A DNA stretch of 58,642 bases, filler included, from Sphacelaria rigidula (Eukaryota), in NCBI GenBank assembly GCA_964200075.2. It is 4 parts of 4 records of this genome, joined end to end, with 100 filler letters (N's around TTAATTAATTAA, not from the genome) between each part and the next. Parts side by side here need not be neighbours in the genome. Positions count along the whole stretch, not along the records: positions 44,060 to 58,642 come from CAXNAA020002163.1; 3 more parts are not named here. One strand, 5' to 3'. The notes beneath the pieces were generated by a model. That model saw only the letters and a list, made by a program, of their open reading frames with translations, was not told the origin of the DNA and did not search any database. Shown in pieces: positions 51,410-58,642 of the stretch (position 1 is its first letter; each line of letters begins with the position of its first letter). The translations under genes and the position numbers were made by a program.

Positions 51410-51840
51410 GTCGTGATTTCAACTCTCATTGTTTATGGTGAAATCACGATCCCCATCAGATCGGAATTTTGTTCTCCACCGCACTTCTTCGATCGAAAAA
51501 CGATTAGCTAAGACACACGGCCTGAGAGACGGGGCAAGACACGCCTTACCATCAACACATCATGCTTCAATCGACCAAGTGCGGCGGAAAAAAAAATATC
51601 CGATCTGATTGGTCGGAATGAGTTGTCATTCATGAGCGCATCACTCATGTTGGAACGACGACCCATCAGAGCGGCATTTCTCTTTTGCGTCGCAGTTTTT
51701 TCATCGGAGAATACTTGCACAAGGACTCGTGTCAGCGAATTATCTTTCGATCGAAAAAGTGCGCTGGAAAACAAAAATTCCGATCTGATATGTCGTCAGA
51801 TTCACATAATTATGATGGAATAATTGAAATCACGACCTAT
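51410..51840. mobile_element. Fold-back/MITE-like element with ~120-bp diverged inverted arms
   Basis: gtcgtgatttcaa...atcagatcggaattttgttctccaccgcac..ttcgatcgaaa and its reverse complement at 51730-51838. Related sequence at ~17040-17150. Confidence 0.55.
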
Positions 51841-51914
51841 CAGACAGGGAACTTCCTCTCTCCATCGAACATTCCCAATCGAAAAATGATGTGACAAAAC
51901 ACTACGCAATGCTC

Positions 51915-52512
51915 CACGGGAACCGTAGGTAAGGTACCGTACCGAGCGTACCCCCGGTATTTACCGGAGATATCCCATACCGTGGTATGCGTGGGTATCG
52001 TAGGCATGAGTTTTAAAAATACCCGATTGAGCGGGTACGGTAGGTATTGAAATCTCGAAATACCGCGGTATCGCAGGTATCGCAGGTGTGAGTTTTGAAA
52101 ATCCCCGATTGAGCGGGTACGGTGGGTATCAAAATCTCGAAATACCGTGGTATCGTGGGTATCGTAGGTATGAGTTTGTAAAATACCCGATTGGGCGGGT
52201 ACGGTAGGTACTGTTATCGCGAAATACCGTGGTATCGTAGGTATGGACTTTCGAAAATACCCGATTGGGCGGGTACGGTAGGTATTGAAATCTCGAAATA
52301 CCGTGATATCGTAGGTATCGCACGTATGACTTTTGAAAATGCCTGCTCGAGCGGGTACGGAAGGTATTGAAATCTCGAAACACCGAGGTATCGTGGGTAT
52401 CGTAGGTATCGTAGGTATGACATGTGAAAATACCCGATTGGACCGGTATCGGTCGGGTATGAGATGTCCCAAATACCGGTACCGGGTGCCTCCCTTACCT
52501 ACGATGCCTGTG
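51915..52512. mobile_element. Non-autonomous hAT-like element with internal GGTAT/GGTAC minisatellite (~75-90-bp units)
   Basis: TIRs CACGGGAACCGTAGGTAAGG / CCTTACCTACGATGCCTGTG. 8-bp flanks caatgctc/caatattc. Confidence 0.75.
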
Positions 52513-52922
52513 CAATATTCATACAATACTCGTACTCAACTGAAAAACTAGCTCGCCAGGAAGGAAGCTTGGACGAACATTCTCGACACATGGCTTCTCG
52601 GCAAAGCCTCGCGTCACGAACCGACAATCAGAGAGATCCACCCAGCATGATGTGCCGCGAGTGCAAAGCCCCGCGCATGCAGAGATTAAATAGAATGAGC
52701 ACACAGCAAGGCACGCCCATGTGCTGTGCTGTACTTTACCGCACCACACGGGCGCTGCCGTTGTGCGGCATTGCCTGTGTTATCGCACTCTACTGTGAAC
52801 AAGGCATGCGAGACAGTTGACGGTTGCCGGCGACTTGACCGAACCTTTCCAACACGAGAATTTTGCAAAAGCTCGCGTTTCGACGCGACGATTCGGGAGA
52901 TCCGTTGACGAAAATAAAGCAC

Positions 52923-53100
52923 ACCCTGGACAATGACAATATATGACCAATAGATGCAATAGACGAAATATGTACTGGATAAAGTATAGGCTTATGGTAA
53001 CTATTGATGGTCGACAACCGTTGCAATAGGTGTACAGTTTACCTTAGTACACTTCCTGTCTATTGCTTCCTGACCATACATTTCATTGTCATCATCCAGG
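52923..53100. mobile_element. Diverged copy of the palindromic MITE at 15340-15506
   Basis: Shared gacaatatatga.caatagatgcaataga...tgtactgg.taaagt.tagg and a symmetric right arm. Confidence 0.7.
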
Positions 53101-53914
53101 CCGTAAAATGTACCCGAGGGACCAACCCCTGCAACAGACTGACCGGCAAAACACGGGCTTGCATTCCCATCGCAAGTCACCACGGCGTGCGGGAGGCTCT
53201 GCGCGAGAAAATCTAGGGCGGTCGCGTTTTCCTCTTCACAAGTGTCTAACAGTAAGGGACGGCCGCGACCCATTGTTTGACCGCGGTCATGACTTTTTAC
53301 GTGAACTTTGAACGGGTCCGAAGAGACAGAACACGTCACTCGAACATCACTCTCCGCTCGACAGCACGATCGTAAACTTAGGCGTGTTTTGTGATGGGGT
53401 CCTGACCGCATTCGGTACTTATATATGCGCATTCCTCCAACGCCCACGCCTTCTTACAAACAATACGTGTGCCCGAGATGTTTCATGTACGTGGTATTTT
53501 TTCCGTCACTCTAGCTCGACCCCTCGAACCCGTGGTCACAGAGTGCAAGGAAATAAAACACGGCCTGAGACCATTATTTATGGCGGGCAATAAGACCCAC
53601 TTTTATGGCAACGAATGTAGATTTTTTGGGGACCCCGATTAGAAAAATCGGGGGGATTCAAAATCGGAGTGACCGTTTTATGGTACAGACAGTACAGTAT
53701 TGCAGATTTGTACACAGGCGCTTATTTTCTGCATGAGCGTGGTACTGCGTTCTCGTCCGTGAATCCGAAGAGCAGGTAGGCGGTAAACAATTCTTCGAGT
53801 ACAGTGTCGTACCTTGGTACCCTAGGGTAGTACAGTGCAGGACACTACATCAGTACCGTACATGAGAATGCCGTGTGGTAGTACATGATGGCACAGCCGG
53901 TATTGCGAGAACAG

Positions 53915-54830
53915 AGAACAAACAGTGCGCGAGCAGAGTTCAGTAGTGCAGCGCCGTACATGACCCCTCGAGTACAGCGCTAACAGCTAGGAGAGTGCAG
54001 TAGCGTTCGTTATAGTGATACATATGGCAGCGCAGCGCAGCATCAAATATTACCATCACCACGGGGTACGGCGTCAGCACTTATTATCAGCTTGTCACAC
54101 CGCGTGGAAGTTGCTTCAGCAGCTGGGGCGGGCAGTAGGCACGCCCTGTGCTGCCACGAGACTGTCTTCTGCTGCCGTTGCAAAAACATATCAAACGCCT
54201 CGTACTCTAGCATTGTACGTCAATGCACGTACGTCACCTAAAAAAATTCGGGGGGAGTCACGATCTCGGAACGGTTTCCTCCGATTTTCTCAAATATTGG
54301 GGGAAACCGTTCCGAGATCATACCCCCGATTTCCTTCCCCCTCGATTTTTTCAAAAATGGAGATTCGTGCCTGCCATAAAAGCGGGTCCAATGTCGATCT
54401 GTACGCAGATCGGGAAATTCAAATCGGGAAACAGCTACGACGACCCCCAATACGGCCCAAATCGGGGAAGTTACGGCTCAGATTTGGATGTCACGATTCA
54501 AGAGATATTTTCCCCGATCTGAGCCCAGATCAGGAGGAAATCGAGGTCCCCCGATTTTGAGGAGGGTGGCGTACGTACACTGACGTACCATCATGGGGCA
54601 ACAGGCGTTTGATATTGTTGCAACCGTAGCCGCTTTGCACAGGGTTTGACGAGCGAAAAACAAATGTTGATGACGTATCCTGCGGCGATAGTAACATATT
54701 ATGCTGCACTGCGCTGCCGTACATATCATATTAACGAACGGTACTGTACTATCCTACTCTGTGGTCGCTGTACTTGCTGGGTGATGAACGACACTGCACT
54801 ACTGAACTCTTCTCGCACACTCTTGATTCG
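53915..54830. mobile_element. Large fold-back element (~300-bp diverged inverted arms around a CCCGAT/ATCGGG-rich core)
   Basis: 53915-54260 is the reverse complement of 54545-54830 (e.g. agagttcagtagtgcag / ctgcactactgaactct). Confidence 0.65.
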
Positions 54831-56489
54831 TACCCGCTGGAGATTTTGCACAGATTGGATCTCCACAGAATCAAGATTCCCCAGAAAAGTCGGGCAAAAT
54901 AGTCGGATACAAGAAAGGACCGGCCCATCTCGCGGTAAATTCCATCTTGGATTCCTCGCGAATTGCTACTGTTGTTGTGCTAGCGAGGGAGCCTCCCCGT
55001 TTGGTCGCCATTATACACGTTTCCTAAATGTTCGGCGACGGGACATTCGTGGTTAATCGACTGCGGGGAGGGTGAGGCGGGCACGCGAAATAGTGAGCAC
55101 ACACATCTGTGTGATCGTGTCATCTGGGGTTGAAATGCGCGGTGCCACGTCCTGTGCTGCCTGCTTGCCGTACTCGTATCACAAGCAACTCGGACTGATG
55201 TCGAAAGCAAATCAACACCCGCAAGTTCACGGCACACATATCGTTGAGTCGACATACCTTCTGCATGAGTTACCCAGTTATCGGGAGGGGGGGCAGGGGG
55301 GCGGGGGGAATGTCGCCCATGCTCGTGTGGATGGCGGATTGCTGTGCGACGGTACTGGTGTCACGGGTTCATATTTCCATAAAAGGGGACCCCCGGCCCC
55401 GCCTGTTGCTATGGATGCTTACGCCCCCTGCCTCTGCCACCATTTTCTCGCCCCGAATGCATCGTATATGACCGCGAGGGGTGACTACTCTCAAGCATGC
55501 TCAGATTCGACGGAATGGCGGCCTTGGGGCGGCTCACAATTTACGTCGCTGTTATGCGGTGAAACCCGCCGTACATTATGTTCCCCTTCATTCAAGATGA
55601 AAACCTAAAACCTGACTTGAACTTGAAACAGACGACACACTTCTTGAGGGGTGGTATCGCTGTGACCAATCATAGGTCGGTGGGGAAATTGTTCTTATAT
55701 CACTGTTCACATCGTTTGGAAAATTGAGGTTGGTCTCCGTCCAAGCGGTCCACAGCTCCAGCTTCACACACGTCACTCCGGTCCACAGCGGTTCACAATT
55801 GCGCAATACAGCTGCATCTAACTTAACGAGAGGAACACAGGCAGCAGCTGCAGTGGAAGACATCGCCATACAGGCGTGCCGTGTATTTTGACAGGAAGGA
55901 TATCGCATCCCCAACGACATCGAACTCGCGGTAGAGGTACGTTGAATGCCCCACCTTGTTTGGTACTGTCTGTTGCCTGTTCCGTAGTCTGGTTGATGAT
56001 GGTGGATAACACCCGCAAGGTGCAAGTACTCGGATTCACATCTTTGAGTGGCGATGGAGAGTTTTCCTGAGACGGTGGGGGAGGGTGTGTGGCGGGGGGG
56101 GGGGACATTTTTTCCACGAAATTCCAGTTCAGATCGTCTGTGACAGCAGCAACTGCACGAAGGCGCTTGCTACTTATCCGACACACCCAACCACACCGCT
56201 GGACGCCGGTCTCACCTCATTACAAGTACAAGCGCAAGCACCCCGCGAGTGTGTTACACTGCTCGACACACCTATTCACGAGCCCTGTTTTTCGTGGAAT
56301 CACGCATACCCTCCCGTATGATCTTTCTGAAGTGCGCTGAGGCGGAAGCTCCTCGGTGTTGATTTGAGCCAAATTGCTTTCTGCGCTTGTTGTACGAGTA
56401 TCTGGAACTGTCGTACCCCAAAATATCCGAATGTAAAGCACTGTCTTCAGTCCAGATCGCAACGAAATACTGTACTGGAGTATTAATTC

Positions 56490-56678
56490 GTTTAGGTACA
56501 GGACCCATTGCCATACATGAGGATGGTTTTGTACCAAAGGGTGTGACATTTTAGCAGCTAGAATGTTTATACCCTTGGTTCTATAGTTTAGGCACAGGAC
56601 CCATTTTGCCATACATGAGGATGGTGTTGTACCGAAGGGTGTGATATTTTAGCAGCTAGAATGTTCATACCCTTGGTT
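56490..56678. repeat. Direct tandem duplication, ~97 bp x2
   Basis: tttagg.acaggacccatt...gccatacatgaggatgg...ttttagcagctagaatgtt.atacccttggtt occurs twice. Confidence 0.9.
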
Positions 56679-57752
56679 TTTTAGTGAAAACAATATTTGC
56701 GCGAAGCGCAGTTATGGTCGGGCGTTCAAGATCGGCACCCGGCAAAAACACCGAGGACCCGTTTGAAATCAGCCGAAGAACTACAGCGTGGGATACGTCC
56801 TGTTTCACTGTACCGCAGCACAACCACACTCACGTCAGCTCTCATGTGCTGTAGCTAACACTGTTCTGTGGTGTGATTAGACCTTGCGAAGACGGTTTGC
56901 GTGAGGTGCTGTATGTTATGTCCGTCTCTGTGTTGTAAAATATGTCATCAGTTGGGACGCCGTGCTCTCGACGAGTTCACACTTTTCTGTTGGCTTGTGG
57001 AAATTTCATGTTCCCCACACTCATCATATGCGCGATAGCGAACATGTCTGCGTAAAGACACACAACCAGCGCCGGTGTACACCGCTCGACCGGCTGGGCC
57101 GAACCCCGTGCTCCGACGAAGGGAGCAACCCAAAGCATAATGCGGATACGCTGCACCGCCAGGGTACTGCTTGCACGCCAGCAGGGCAGTGCCGCTGGCA
57201 TCTGTGCCAGCGCTGGCGGCTACGGAAAGACAAAACCAGCCACACGAAGATGGGGATATACCGACACACGAGTATCTCAATCACCCCCTGCGCCGGCAAT
57301 GTAGCACTCGCTGCCTGCTTGTCTGCTTGCAGATTGATTTCTCTGCTGCTGCTCTATGCGTCCCGGCGCTACTATCCACTCCTGTACTGTAGTAGGTACA
57401 CTACAGGTGTGACTCGAGTGTGCGAGCCAATCACGAGCATTTTTCACGACGCGATTCACCCCGAGGATCGAATTTCGTTGGCTCTAGATTCCGCCGATTC
57501 CTCACTCAACGCTTTTGGAACCGTTGATGGAAAGTTGACGATTTACATTTGACGTTTTTTCGTGCAAAAAATGGTTGTTTTCCTACAGCCATTGAGCAAA
57601 CGATTCGCCCAAAGCGTGTTTTCCAGACCCGTGCGAATAAAACGTGAAAGACGAGAAGGTTCTCTAATTTACGGCTATGACGAATTGTTCTCCCGTCGGT
57701 GTTCCCTAACGCCGGCCAGAGTGCACGGCTGACCTTTCGTGAAGCAATCTTC

Positions 57753-58270
57753 CAAGGGTAGGTCGAGTAGAGCACACTCAATACTCAGTATTTTTGAAGA
57801 GTAATACTTTTAGTACTCGAAGTTTGAGTAGAGTATTTGAGATCACACTCAGTCTACTCAAAATTTGATCATATTTGAGTAGAGTTTTTGAGATCGTACT
57901 TGATCCACTCAAAATTTGAGGAGAGTGCTGGAGATTGTACTCAACCTACTCAAAATCTGAGTGGATTATTTGAGATCATACTCAACCTACTCAACAATTG
58001 AGTAGAGTATTGAGGTCGTACTCAAGTGATACTCTATACTCAAGTATTACTGAGACTGCTTACTCAATATTTGAGAAGAGTATCTGAGGTCGTACTCGAC
58101 CTGCTCAAAATTTGAGTAGAGTATTGGAGGCTTTTCTCAACGTACTCAAACGTTGTGTAGAGTATTTGAGGCCGTATTCAACCTACTCAAAATTTGAGTA
58201 GAGTATTGGAGGCCGCACTCGACGTACTCAGAAATTGAGTAAAGTATCTGAGGCCGGATTCGATGTACCG
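57753..58270. repeat. ~41-bp minisatellite (TACTCAAAATTTGAGTA core) behind a TIR-like end
   Basis: ttgagtagagtat recurs every ~41 bp. The left end CAAGGGTAGGTCGAGTAG resembles the reverse complement of the end at ~49436-49453. Confidence 0.75.
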
Positions 58271-58642
58271 AAAACCTATAACTTCAACTTCAACATTCAA
58301 GTTCGTACGCAAGATCCTCAAACTCGGGTAGGGGGAATACTAAGGTATGCCTAGAGTTGCCTATTCATAATGAGTGTTGGTTCAAGGTCAAACTGTCTTG
58401 TCAAACCGCCTTGCACTGTTTCCACCGCTGACTCTCCCATTGAGGAGTCATGTATGTGGCCAGTCGAGTCGCTCATTTTTGATGATACCTACTCGATTAC
58501 TCGTCCACTCGATTACTCGTCCACTCGATTACTCGATGATGATGAGTAGCGCTCTGTACTGAAAGTGATATCGAAGGCGTTGCGAGGTATCGAGTATGAA
58601 CTGCCGTGGGTGTCGGTGAAGTGACGCCACGAAGTCCCCGAC

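Noticed and set aside
51840..52526. 228-aa ORF with IPT repeats
   Set aside because: It is a translation of the minisatellite inside a non-autonomous element.

Overview
Eukaryotic nuclear DNA, most consistent with a brown alga or related stramenopile (inferred from long GT-AG introns, roughly 50% GC, TTAGGG motifs and the style of the repeats). The window is not one locus. It is four unrelated scaffolds (1-14589, 14690-29276, 29377-43959, 44060-58642; 14589/14587/14583/14583 bp) joined by artificial 100-bp N44-TTAATTAATTAA-N44 linkers. Two complete minus-strand genes can be spliced by hand with consistent phases: a 4-exon heat-shock transcription factor (578 aa) and a 6-exon ADAT1-type tRNA adenosine deaminase (856 aa, one GC-AG intron). 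Also present are two exons of a class I SAM methyltransferase and two orphan last exons. The remainder is dense with non-autonomous elements: piggyBac-, mariner- and hAT-like MITEs, tRNA-derived SINEs, foldbacks with telomere-like repeats, and satellites. The most notable observations are a pair of adjacent long hairpins at 46.2-47.8 kb and several TIR elements, each filled with its own short-motif array. I found no convincing multi-gene novel system.
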